Source: Callorhinchus milii
Lineage: Eukaryota
Reading direction: 5' to 3'
Assembly (NCBI RefSeq): GCF_018977255.1
Contig: NW_024704742.1
Coordinates: 15,688,001 to 15,752,000, forward strand
DNA length: 64,000 nucleotides
Below the pieces are notes generated by a model. It was not told the DNA's origin, searched no databases, and saw nothing but the letters and a program-made list of their open reading frames with translations. The translations under genes and the position numbers were made by a program. Shown in pieces: positions 24,831-36,672 of the stretch (the first letter of the stretch is position 1; every line of letters begins with the position of its first letter).

Positions 24831-25339
24831 GCTTGTTTAACTTGTTTTATGTTAGTAAAGGTCATTACAGTGATCATGATGACAGGAACGAATCCTGTGG
24901 TATACTGTCATCAATTACAAAGATTCAACTTTTTCCTATTCAGGTCAGTTTGGGAAAGAGTTTCCTGTGAATAAAAGCACATGTAAGGACATAGAGAACA
25001 GGGCATCAGCTCAAGAACACTGACTGCTTCTAACTGAAATTAATCCACTGTATCCAATTAAAGATCTTCCTAGCTGTGCTACGAGAAAGATTCTCTTCGG
25101 ATTAGCTTTGTGTCTTCTAAATGTAGATTTAGACCAAACCGGTGATGCTGTAGTTTTTTAAGATTAGTTTTGTGTTGTTATGATGATTTAACTTTATCAA
25201 GTTATGATAGTACACCATTTTACTTATTTATTGATACTATATTATATATACATACACACATATATATACACACACTACAGGCTGGTAAATGTGATACCTT
25301 AAAGATCACACTTATTCTGTATTTTTCTTCAACATTTAG

Positions 25340-25563
25340 TTGTCCAGAGCAACGTTCAGATTCGTGACTGGACAAAAGAGAAGCAAACAAGACGACCAGC
25401 ATCCAATGCGAAAAGAAAATTACCATCTGAAGCATGCAAGACACGTCTCTGCTGGTTTTTTGCAAATCACCCTGATGGATGTCCTCGAAGCACAGAAAGA
25501 TGCCCATTTGCACACGGAACAGAGGAGCTGAAACCTTGTGCAAACAGCAAAAAGGAAAATTAA
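25340..25563 (+). CDS. TRMT44: TRMT44 exon 11 (last coding exon, CCCH zinc finger, stop)
   Basis: ATTTAG acceptor, (V)VQSNVQIRDW...KTRLCWFFANHPDGCPRSTERCPFAHGTEEL...KKEN, TAA at 25561-25563. Confidence 0.93.
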
Positions 25564-25625
25564 ACTGGCCACTGGAAATGAAAATACTGTTCATTTTAAT
25601 TATTTTTTTCTACAGATTTTTGTTC

Positions 25626-25631
25626 ATTAAA
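25626..25631 (+). terminator. Possible polyadenylation signal ATTAAA for TRMT44
   Basis: First variant hexamer after the stop, followed by a T-rich tract; no transcript evidence. Confidence 0.3.
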
Positions 25632-26804
25632 TTCTATTAGTACACTTGCACCTTCTTGTTTTTCATTCTGATGCAGACAAAAGTGAACATTCCTATCAAT
25701 TAAGCAGAAATTGAAAATTCAGACTCATTATGTAACTATACTCACTGTAAATTGTAGATTGACTTTCCCTTTAATATATTTTATAGAATATAGCTACATA
25801 GTATTGTCACTTTCTCTACAGGGGTATTAACTAGTGATATTCACTAAATAGGATTATTGATCTTCCTCTTAGACCCCCCCTACACTGCCTCCACCTCTCT
25901 TGATTCCAACCCCCAGCTTGGGTGCAAACTCTTGAGTGTTCAGTGTCTTAGGACAGGATCCTGACATGAACAGTACCATATAATTGCAATTTGTTGTTGT
26001 TGGTGTTTGATGTGTTAATACTAAGATTCAATTTGCAAATATCGGATTAGAGGATCCACAACAGTGCTTCGGGAATCTTAAAAGGTTAATGAGCAAAACA
26101 CTGGTTGTTGAGCCATCACCCCGTTGAAACAAGTGTTGTTTTCCCTCCGTCTGGATCTGGGAGATTGCCAGGTTGTCTGGTGCCCAATGTAAAAAGCTCA
26201 CTCGACTCAAGGACCCTGTAATTCTCAAGACCACCACAGAAGAGAAAATAACTGCACCGTGTCCAAAACTAGGCCATTGCAATATTCTTACACAATGCTA
26301 TCATTTGTCACGACAGTTAAGACCTCCACTGCATCCATTGAATCAGTGAAACCTCAAACCGATTGCTTCAATCATTAAATATGCATTGTTTTCAGTGTAA
26401 CGACTCCCAACAGACCTGGGGGGGATGATGTACTTGCCAACAAATACCATCCATTTGAAAGGAATAAGACCTTAAGTAAGCAATCAAAATTAATAATTTG
26501 CATGAAGCCTTTCATGTAATAAACATCCAGAAACTTTTCAAATCTAAATCGGTTAGTCATAAAAGTGAATTATATTGTCAAACGTGGTAGCTATTCTGCA
26601 ACAACAATGTCCGGTAAACCACAATGATAGGAGTAGCAAAATTTGTATTCGGAGGTAAATTTAAATGAAGTGGGGAACTTAAATATTTTTAAGATTGGTA
26701 AAATCTTAAAAATTTAAAAGAAAAAATTGAAGGCAACTTCACATGTGTAAGTATCATTAGCTTATGCATTTGCTGCAGATGTTCTGGAAAAGGTCTTCAG
26801 GTCA

Positions 26805-27160
26805 TGATCCTCACTCTAGTGTTTAAATCCCTCCATTCCTTGTCAGCCCCCTATCTCTATAACCTCTCTCCCCACAGCAGTACCCGCTGCCTCCACTCTA
26901 CTGGGTCCGGCCACTTCCGCGTCCCCCGAATCCTCCACCATTGGCGGCCGTGCCTTCAGCCACTACGCCCTGAAACTTTGGAACTCCTTCCCTCAACCCC
27001 TTCACCTCGACCCCTCCTGAAGCCTGAAGACCTTCCTTTTTGACCGCACCTATGGTCACCTTCCCCCTGCCCTTGGCTCAGCCTTGGGCTTCACCATTGT
27101 TAAGCTCTCTTGAGACACCGCCTGGCGTGGAAGGCGCTATATAAGTGCAAGTTGTTATTG
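26805..27160 (+). mobile_element. L2 3' fragment
   Basis: ILTLVFKSLHSL..APYL remnant, GGCGGCCGTGCCTTCAGCC, tail GGCGTGGAAGGCGCTATATAAGTGCAAGTTGTT. Confidence 0.8.
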
Positions 27161-27671
27161 AAAAGATTTTATGTTTTAGTGGGTTTACTTTCTAGGTTTC
27201 AGCTTAAATCACTCAGTCGGGCAGTGGTGCTTTCCATTTTACTGCCTCTGCTGTTGGTACCATTTTAATAGTGGTGCCAACTCTGAAACCAAAGCTCCAC
27301 TTTGCTCCTCCTACATCAGTGTCCACCTCACAATTGCATCTCTTAGAACTCAAAGGCAACAACTTCACAATGCTTATAAGCCCAGGTCTGGCACAGTTGT
27401 TCGGATAGTCATCAGCTGATTTCTACTATAAATTGTGATTATCTATGGCCCCTAATACTTACATTTTGCATAGTGCTTTTCATCTTCTGGAAGATGTTGC
27501 AAAGGTTTCACAGGATATATTGCAAAGTGGACTAACTGTTTTGTTTTGTAGGCAAATGTTTATACAGCATAATTAAAGTTGCAGATGTAGTTTATGTGTG
27601 CACAAAACTGCCCATGTGTAAAACCTAATGCTGAAAACTACATGTATGATCAGACAGATTTTCTAAAGAAA

Positions 27672-27985
27672 CTGTAGCTTAGTGGTTGGAGAACTCGCCT
27701 CGCAAACAAGAGGACCTGGGTTCGATTCCCGGGCAAGGCAAAACGTTGGGCAGGTTTCCTTACTCCACACGCCTGTTTACCTAGCAGTAAGTAGGAACCC
27801 AGTTGTTAGTCAAAATAATAATTATTTGATCACTCAATCCACGACTGTGTGCGACTGTGTGCAATTGGCTGCTGCGTTTCGCCCACAATATATAGTCAAC
27901 TCACTTTACAGTATATTCTGTTAGCGTGTTGCGACGTCTCAAAGACGTCATAAGGCACTGTATCAAATGCAAGGATTGTTATTAT
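27672..27985 (+). mobile_element. tRNA-Ala SINE, long subtype
   Basis: CTGTAGCTTAGTGGTT, GGTTCGATTCC, GCCTGTTTACCTAGCAGTAAGTAGGAACCC, tail ACGTCTCAAAGACGT. Confidence 0.85.
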
Positions 27986-29807
27986 ATCACAGAACTCTTA
28001 AAACTATAGATAACAGTACATGAAAATTACTCAAATATGCCCAATAGATAGTATAATTTACATTAACCATCCTCTGGCCCTTGAAGCCAGCATATTATTT
28101 GATGTCTTGAAAGAAGCAGATAAAACAGATAAAAATATTTGTTACTTGTTTGAGAAACACTTTACATGGTAGTACCAAATTCTGCTGCATTTTGTGGAAT
28201 ACATGTTCTAGGCAGTCTCCAGAAGTGATATTAAAATGTAGTTTGGGGATGAATCTATCATTATTATGAGAAAAATAATGGCAGGCTATGACTTGCTATG
28301 GATCCCTATGTATGTTGCTGTATACGTGATGTCTTTAGCATCAATATTTTTTTGTTAGAGGCAACACGATGACAGGTGTAGGCTTACTGAATTCAGAATA
28401 AGCTGTTTACTTAGGGCAGAACCTTTAAATTGAGGAAATCTAATGTACTTTATTTAGAAAAATAAATGAAACTAACAAGACCAGATATTAGATGCTTAAA
28501 AATATTTCCGGGAAATGCTGTTGGCATGAATCCTACCAGAATGCAAACATGCTTCACCAATTCATTAATTAAGAATATCTGGAATACCTCTTATCCTAGA
28601 TTCAGACTTTATTTTAGCATTTCAAATAACTGAAGGAGGTGACAGTGAATGAAACGTTGACTGTAAATGAAAAAAAATCTTTAAAGTTTGAGCTTGTTGC
28701 TGCTTTTCTGTTGTTATTCTCTTTAGGTATACTGTGAACCAGACAAAATTTGCCAACATCCCCTGGGTCACTTTATTTCCCGCACCCCATGCGTTCTCCA
28801 TCCTGCAGTAATGTGTCACAAGGTTTCCTAGCTGCTGCCTCCTGCCCACCTCACCGCAGGCAATGCACTGTCATGCAAGCTTCATCCAATTAAAGCTCCC
28901 TCCCTGTTGATATGAAAAGGGTTAAGAAAGGTGTTTCACTTTTTCATTCTCTTTTATCAAAATGTTATGGTCATAAATAATTCTGAGCATCGGGAATGGG
29001 GTGTCCTCTTGGACAGCTGCTTTTGCTCAAGCCTACTACCTGCAAATGTCACTTAGAAGATCGAAGCTGAGCGGACAGAACAATTTTCAACAGCTGGAGA
29101 TCTGCCAAATATCCATTGCTTTTTAAAAACACAAAAGGATAAAATTGCTGTTCACCTGGATTTGTAAAACTTTTTCCTGAAACTAACATTGAAAGCGCTC
29201 TGGGATGCTACGCTGCGTGAGGAGAGCTATATAAACCCAAGTTGTTGCTGTTGGAATTTCATTTAGCTGGAATTACTAAACCATTAAAGTCGGCATTTCC
29301 ATTTCATGTTGGAAATAGACCAAAAGTAATGAGAGTAACGTAACTGTATTCTGATGTGACAAAATATTTGAAATATACTCATCTAAAATAATATGGTGGT
29401 TTGGGTTTTTCTTCTCTGACCAATTTCCCTTCCTCCTCCTGTGAAGCTATCTGATACCTAACTCAGTGACTCTGAAGCCAACTAGAACCATTCTTACTAT
29501 GATCACCTAATTCACACTGGGTATTGGTTCTAGAATTGGGCAAGCATAGAGTTTGCTCAGGGGCTCAAGGTGCACCATATTGCACAAGGAACAATTTCAA
29601 AAAAATGTTTCCTACATCATGTTTGTTAACTCACCAATCACTAAATGTAAGCTTTACAGTATGCAAGTTTGTAATTATCCATGGTATAAAACATTTGTGT
29701 GCCTTACAGCGAACTAGAAACTCAAACAGACAAAGCTGAAAGGATTGTCTGCTTGTACAGAGGACTTGAATATCCAGGTTTTCCTTCTCCAATAGTAAAA
29801 ATAATAC

Positions 29808-29897
29808 AAACAACAACAACAATCTGCACTTATATAGTGCCCTCCACTCAGAGCGCTTAAACAGTGGCGGAGCCTGTCTCCGAGCTGAGGTGGCCGT
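29808..29897 (-). mobile_element. Short L2 3' tail fragment
   Basis: (CAA)n-TCTGCACTTATATAGTGCCCTCCAC...AGCGCTT. Confidence 0.6.
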
Positions 29898-29900
29898 AAG

Positions 29901-32560
29901 CAACAACGACGACAACTTGGATTTACATTGCGCCCTCCACGCCGGACGGCGTCTCAGAGCGCTTCACAGTAACGGATCCCGGGGCCAAGCCAGGGGGAGG
30001 GGGAAGAAGGTGACCAAAGGCGCGGTCCAAAAGAAAAGTCCTCAGCCGAGACCTGAAAATAGGAAGAGAGGGGTCGAGGTGAAGGGAGTGAGGAGGGAGT
30101 TCCAGAGCCTCGGGGCATAGTGGCTGAAGCCACAGCTGCCGAGGGTGGAGTGGAGGATCCGGGGGATGAGGATGAGGCCGGGCCCGTGGAACGAAGGCAA
30201 TGGGCACTGTTTTGAGGAGAGAGGAGGTCAGAGAGGTAAGGGGGTGCAGAGGAGTGGAGGGATTTGAAGACAAGGGTGAGGATCTTGAAGTCGATCCTCT
30301 GGGACAGGCAGCCAGTTCAGTCTGGCAAGGACTAGGGTGATCAGGGAATGGAGTTTGGTATGGGTGAGAATGCGGGTGACAGAGCTTTGTATAATCGGGA
30401 TTTTGTGAATGGTAGTGGAGGGGAGACCGGCGAGGAGGGCGTTTGAATAGTCCAGCCGAGAGGTGACAAAGGCATGGACCAGGGTCTCAGCGGCTTTCGG
30501 AGAGAGGTATTGGTGGAGACAGGTGATGCGTCGGAGGTGGAAGAAAGCAGTGCTGGTGAGGGACCGGATGTGGGGGAGGAAGGATAATTGGGGGTCAAAT
30601 CTGACGCCTACGTTGCGTACTGGTTCAGAGAGTTTTAGTGGGAGGTCGGGTAGGTGGAGATGGTGAGAACCGTGAGATTTTAGAACGTTGACGAGAGCCA
30701 AGAGTATGGCTTCCGTCTTGTCAACGTTCAGCTGAAGGAAATTTGCGCTCATCCAGCTCCTGAGATCTGACAGGCAGGCTGACAGAACATCAGGGACTGG
30801 AGGTCGCAGAGAGAGGTGGTAAAATAGAGTTGGGTGTCATCTGCATACATGTGGAAGTGTTACTCCATGTCTATGGATGACATCCCCAAGAGGGAGCATG
30901 TAGATCAGAAAGAGGAGGGGGCCAAGGATGGATCTTTGGGGTATCCCACAGGTAACCGGGTGAGAGTGGGAGGAGAAACCGTTTGTGCAGATGCACTGCT
31001 GGCAGTTCGTGAGGTAGAACTCAAACCAGGCAAGGTGGATGACGGAGGAAAGATGGTGGAGGAGGGAAGCGTGATCAACTGTGTCGAAAGCGGTGGAGAG
31101 GTCCAGGAGGACAAGGAGGCAGATGGAGCTCTGGTCACAGGACAAGAGGGTGTAATTTGTGACTTTCACAAGCACAGTCGCTGTACTGTGGGCAGGGCAG
31201 AAACTGGACTGGAGGGGTTCGAAGAGGGAGTGGGAGGAGAGTTGTGCGCGGAGTTGATTTGCAACAACACATTCTAGGACTTTTGCGAGGAAGGGCAGGT
31301 TAGAAATAAGGCGGTAGTGGCTGGGGTTTGAGGGATCTAGGAAAGGTTTTTTGAGGAGGGGCGTGATGACAGCAGTTTTTAGGGGGACAGGGATTGATCC
31401 AGAGGAGAGGGACTGGTTAATGACATCAGCCAGTAGTGGGCAGAGGAGGGGGAGCTGGGTGACAAGCAAGTTGGTGGGGAGGGGTTTGAGGCAGCAGGTG
31501 GTGGGTTTCATTGAGGTGATGGTGGATGAGAGGGAGGAGGGAGAGATGGGGAGGAAGGAATGTAGGATGGGGGTCGTGTTAGGAGCTGATGATGGGGAGG
31601 ATGAGGGGGATGGAGAGGGGGTGGTGGTGGGTGACAAGAGGCAGGAGGATGAGGCTGCCTGGCAGATGTGTATTTTAGATGAAAAAAAATCCATGACCTC
31701 CTTGCACTTGGCATTGGATACTAAAATTGAGGAGGCCTGAGGGGGGCACGGAGGAGGTAGTAGGTGGTGGAAAAAAGGACTTTGGTATTGTTTTTAGCCT
31801 CCAAGATGATGTTGGAGTAGAAGCCGTTTTTGCGCGCGTCAAAGAACGGCGATAGCTGTGGAGATGCTCGAGCCACAGTTGGTAATGAACTGTCAGTCCA
31901 GTTTTCCATCATCTGCGCTCGAGCAGCTGGGTTTGGGTTTTTAGGCAGCGGTGATGATTGTTATAGCAGGGGGATTGGGTGGGTTTGGAGATGGTCCTGG
32001 ATTTCAGGGGGACGAGGGAGTTGAAGGTGGAGGAGAGGCGATCATGGAGCAGCTGGACGGCTGCTTCAGGTTCTCTGTGGGTGGAAGGCCAGAGGGATAG
32101 GATATTTGATGATATGAGGGCCTTCGTGAGCGTCTCAGGGGTAGCTTTTCCATGGGCGGTGGAGAATGGTTGAGGGCTTGCTGGAGAAGAGAGGGATGTG
32201 AGAGGAGAAGGAGATGAGGAAGTGGTCCGCGATGACCTTGTTCACTATGCTAAGGTCGGAAATATCAAGGCCGTGGGTGATAACGAGGTCAGGGGCATGA
32301 CCACAGTTGTGGGTGGGTGAATTTATGTGAAGGGTGAAGTTTAGGGAGGTGAGGAGGGCAGTGACGTCGGCAGAAGTGGTGCAGGGGGAGTTTAAGTGGA
32401 GGTTGAAATCGCCCATTATGAGCAGGCGCTCGGAGCAGAGGGACAGGGAAGAGAGGAGAGTAGAAATGTCTGTGTGTAAGGAGCCGGGGGGCTTAGGCGG
32501 GTGGTAGACAAGGAGGATTTTCAATGACAGAGAGGGTTGGAAGAGGGTGAGGTGCTCAAA
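29901..32560 (-). mobile_element. L2 LINE ~2.7 kb with AP-endonuclease and RT remnants (frameshifted)
   Basis: VYHPPK...IMGDFNLH...THNCGHAPDLV...DHFLI (APE); ISNLPFLAKVLE, LDLSTAFDTVDH (RT); tail ACGCCGTCCGGCGT. Confidence 0.92.
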
Positions 32561-33478
32561 GTGGCATAGTGGCTGAAAGTGATGAGACCTCTGATGGTGA
32601 GGCAGAGGGTGTGACCTTCAAGCAGGATGCCCAAACCGGATGGTGGAATGGGGAGTGAGGAGGTTGGAGAGGGAGGGGGTGTGCCAGAGAGTGAAGGAAT
32701 TTGAACACGAGTGTGGGGATCTTAAAGTCAATGGTGAGGAGCCAGTGGAGCCGACCAGAACTGGTGAGATGTGGGTACGGAGTTTGGTTCGGGTAAGTAT
32801 GCAGAATGCAGAGTTCTGAAAGAGCTGGATTTTTTTAAATAGTGGAGTTGGGGAGAACAGCGACGAGTGTGTTGGTGTAATCCAGGCGAGAGGTGACAAA
32901 CGCATGCACAAGAGTTTGGGCTGCATTTTGGGTTAGGTATGGTCAGAGGTGGGCAATGTGGCAGAAGTGGAAGAAGGCGGTCCTGGTCAGGGACCAGATA
33001 TGGGAGAGGAAGGACAGCTGGGAGTTGAACCAGACACTTAAATTGCTTAAGTTTAGTGAGTGTGAGGGAGACCCCAGGAAGGTTTAGGAGTTCAGATCCG
33101 CAGGAGTGAAGACAATGACGGGAGCCAAAGAGTATGGCTTCCGTCTTGTCCACATTAGGCTGCAGGAAGTTTGCACTCATTCAGACCCAGATTGATAGAA
33201 CATCGGCGGACCTGGAGTTGGTACAGGAGGAGGCAAAGTAAATTTCTGTGTCATCCGCATACATATGGAAGTTTACCCTGTGTCTGCAGATGACATCGCC
33301 CAGAGGGAGCGTATAGATAAGCAAAGGAAGAAGACCAAGGATGGAGCCCTGGTATACCCCTCAGATGACTGGGCGGGGGCGGGAGAAGAAACCATTTGCC
33401 GTGGTGAAATGGAGGCAGTTCGTTTAAGTAAGATTCGAGCCATGCGAGTGCAGTTCCACTAAGGTGGAAAGAGGTGAA
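32561..33478 (-). mobile_element. Older L2 fragment
   Basis: SANFLQPNVDKTEAILFGS, IQLFQNSA and YADD remnants. Confidence 0.85.
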
Positions 33479-33731
33479 ACAATTCACCCTGTTTTTCATT
33501 AATAAGTAAATCAAATTTATAAATAACTCAGTGTTAGTTACACACTTTTACAATTTATATAAATATTTGTTTTTGGTAACCGTGGCTAGTAGATTGAAAT
33601 GAATGTTTGCAATAGCAGATAAATATTAACAATATGTGCTATTTATAGCATCACACATGTTCTACATATGCTTCTCACAGATTTGTGCTGTTTATAACAT
33701 CCATATGTGAATCCTATTTATACCTTTTTAA

Positions 33732-33985
33732 TATAATAATCCTTGCATTTGATGTCGCGCTTTTCATGTCTTTAGACATCTCAAAGCGCTTAACATAATA
33801 GACTATAAAGTGAAGTGACTGCATATTTATGGGCAAAATGTGGGAGCCAATTGCACACAGCAGTGTCCCACAAACAGTTATGGATAGCATTGACCAATTC
33901 TATTATTTTTTCTTTTCTTGAGGGATTATTATCAGACATGTGGAGTAAGGAAACTTACCCAAGGTTTTGCACTGCGGGGAATCGA
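33732..33985 (-). mobile_element. tRNA-Ala SINE, 5'-truncated
   Basis: Matches the family body and tail. Confidence 0.8.
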
Positions 33986-34304
33986 AAGGTATATATATAT
34001 AAGTCTGAAGTCTGAAGACCTTACTGTATAAATTTCTGAGCAAATCTCAGATGGTAAAGTGGTTTTATTAATCATAATATTACAAGAGAGGTTTGGATGA
34101 AAAAGGCCCTTCGGCCCATTTGATCTCATTCTTCCAGAATAGCTACTTAACCGTCCTCCCATCAAGCTGTTACATAAATGAGAACAGTTTCCCAGCCTCA
34201 ACTACCCTTATTGGCAACTTATTCCACTCATTAAGTACCCTCTGGGTAAAGAAATATTATCTATTCACTACTTCGTTCACCCACTGATTATTTTTCCTCC
34301 TCCT

Positions 34305-34673
34305 TCCGGCTAAGTGTAATTACAACGCCAATACTGGTATTTACTGGCCATTTGTGGCCCGTCTTTTTTCAGCACTGAAAAATGCCGGTAAGTGCCATTA
34401 CCATCGTTGGAATTGTTTGGATCCCACGATCAGAGGATAACGAATAAGATATCTTCTACTCACGGGATTTAACTGAGTGAACGTCAATATTCCTGGCAAC
34501 TGAAGACCAGCAACAATGGTGAGGCGGGGGCACAGGCTAGGACAGTGGACCAGTGGGATTCTACATGTGCGTAGGCCTGTGGAAATGTGTTTTAATGTTC
34601 AGGTTATGGCCTGTCTGGCTAGGTACAATTCCGGATACTTGGAATCTGGTAAACCGGGGTTTTTCTGTACTCC
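34305..34673 (+). mobile_element. Tigger-like non-autonomous DNA element
   Basis: Right end reverse-complements to TA|CAGAAAAACCCCGGTTTACC...ATCCGG; homologous to 4549-4905. Confidence 0.5.
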
Positions 34674-34753
34674 CTGGAGATACAGTGAACAATCCAACCA
34701 GTCGGATCTAAAGTCTGAGAAGTGTGGTTCAATGGTATTATTTGCAGTTATAG

Positions 34754-35066
34754 TAATAATAATCCTTGCATTTGATATAGCACTTTTCACGTCGGGAGGA
34801 CGTCCCAAAGCGCTTCACAGAACACACTGTAAAGTGAATTGACTGTATATTTGTGGGCGAACGCAGCAGCCAATTGCGCACAGCAATGTCCCACAAACAG
34901 TCGTAGATTGAAAATGACCAATTTATTATTGTTTTTGGTTTTGGAGGGATTATTATTAGGCGTGTGGAGTAAGGAAACTTGCCCAAGGTTTCGCCCTCTG
35001 CCTGGAATTGAACTCAGGTCTCTCGCTTGCAAAGCGAGTGCTCTAACCACTGAGCTACAGGACTCC
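34754..35066 (-). mobile_element. tRNA-Ala SINE, young subtype, full length
   Basis: Near-identical to 313-634; intact A/B boxes and anticodon stem CTCGC-TTTGCAA-GCGAG. Confidence 0.92.
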
Positions 35067-35564
35067 ATAAATTAGAACTCCACAGTTCTAATTGAAACAG
35101 TTCTGCCTGTACAGTGCACAGAAATCATGTCAGCCAGCTATGACCAGGATGTTTGTCCATAAAGGGAATCTTCAGTAAATCTGTAGCTGCAGTAATTGCT
35201 GCCTGATGTGCTCAGAGCACCATCCAGGAAATCGTTAATCACAGTTTTGAAGACAAACAGACAACTAGACCGAGTATTGGTGCTTTAGCTGTACATTTCA
35301 GGTTCTTGGTAATGTAATAGGTCACACTTTAAACTCTATCCAAATAGAATAACTGTCAGAAAACTATAAAGTCTGAACGTCAGCTCAAGAGACCATATGA
35401 TCAGAATTTACCCAGGAGAAGGGGGCCTCTCAGCCTGGCTGAATTAAATCCAAATGTATGAAGCAGTAATCAATCAGCAACTTTGGGTAATGAAGAAGAT
35501 TTGGGCTGACTAAACAGGAACTCAGTAGGTTTGTGTAGTTTGGTAGGATTAATAATCTTGTTGA

Positions 35565-35778
35565 GAAGGGAATTTCTCCTGGTCCCTTGGCCAACAATCC
35601 CCCAACTAAAACTGGTCATTCACTTCACTGTGGGACATTGCTGTGCACATATCACCTGTTGTGTTCACCTGCAGAAATACACAGACAGTGAACACACTTT
35701 ACAGTATATCTTGCAAGGCACTTTAAGACATCCTCATGATGTGAAAGGCATTATCAAATGCAAGGATTATTATTATTT
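35565..35778 (+). mobile_element. Old Deu-SINE 3' fragment
   Basis: GGGAATTTCTCCTGGTCCCTTGGCCAACAAT...GTGGGACATTGCTGTGCAC...ATCAAATGCAAGGATTATT. Confidence 0.65.
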
Positions 35779-36376
35779 ATCCAAGATGTTGATGCTAGAT
35801 GTTTAAATCATGCTGAAGTTAAGCAGGGATGTTCACATCTTAAGCTAGTCGAAATCTCACTGTTGTTAACATATTGAATGTGTCAATTATCACATCAGAT
35901 CTGTTAATGAAACATCATATTTATTGCCCCCTGTGTTTCTAACCACCATTGTAGCTTACAAAAAGCTTAAATAGTTACAAGGTTCAATGGTGATCAGCAT
36001 TTCTGTTGGGGTTTTACAGAATTATAAAATAAACAGCAACTGAACATTTGCATTGCAAAATAAATCAATAAAAATGATCAATCAGCACATTTATAATAGC
36101 AGTTTGAACTAATTATAATAAAAAAGTCTTGCATTTGATACAGTGCCTTTCATGTTAGGAGAATATCTAAAAGCTGCATATTTTGTAGACAAACGTTCTC
36201 TAGTCAATGAAACTCAGTTCTTACCCCCTTCTTGTAAAACCTCTGGAGCTGCACTGATAAGATCAACTCAGCTTTCACAGCCTGCAATTCTGTTCCCTTC
36301 AATCCTGAACTAAATAGCCAAGTGATATGGGTGAATGCAGACAGATCCTTATCATATGTGTTTACAATTGCAATAC

Positions 36377-36672
36377 AAAATTGCATTTGTAAAGTGCCTT
36401 TCATGTTGAGAGGATTTGACAAGACGCTGAACAATAAGGGATTAGAACCCGAGCGGTGGGATGGGGCATCAGGGAGGGTGGAGGGCAGAGAGGGTAGGAG
36501 GGTGGCCGAAGGCACAGTCAACGAGGAGGGTCTTCAGGCACGTCTTGAAGGAGGCAAGGGAGGGAACGAGGCAAAGGGAATGTGGGATGGAGTTCCAGAG
36601 GGTTGGGGCAGACAGGCTGAAGGCCCGAACACCAATGGTGGGGCGGGCCGGGCGGGCAGGGACATGGAGCAC
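36377..36672 (-). mobile_element. L2 3' fragment
   Basis: TIGVRAFSLSAPTLWNSIP...SFKTCLKT. Confidence 0.85.

Larger units (their letters stand above)
1..25563 (+). other. TRMT44: TRMT44 gene span (tRNA uracil-O(2)-methyltransferase), 11 coding exons, 5' end outside the window
   Basis: Exons join in phase through GT-AG introns into a protein with Trm44 motifs: WPEVTDPEKFVYEDVAIATYL, SAM motif FIDLGCGNGLLVHIL, GIDVRKRKIW, IGNHSDELTPWIP, LPCCFFDF, LRIPSTKR and a C-terminal CCCH finger. Confidence 0.96.
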
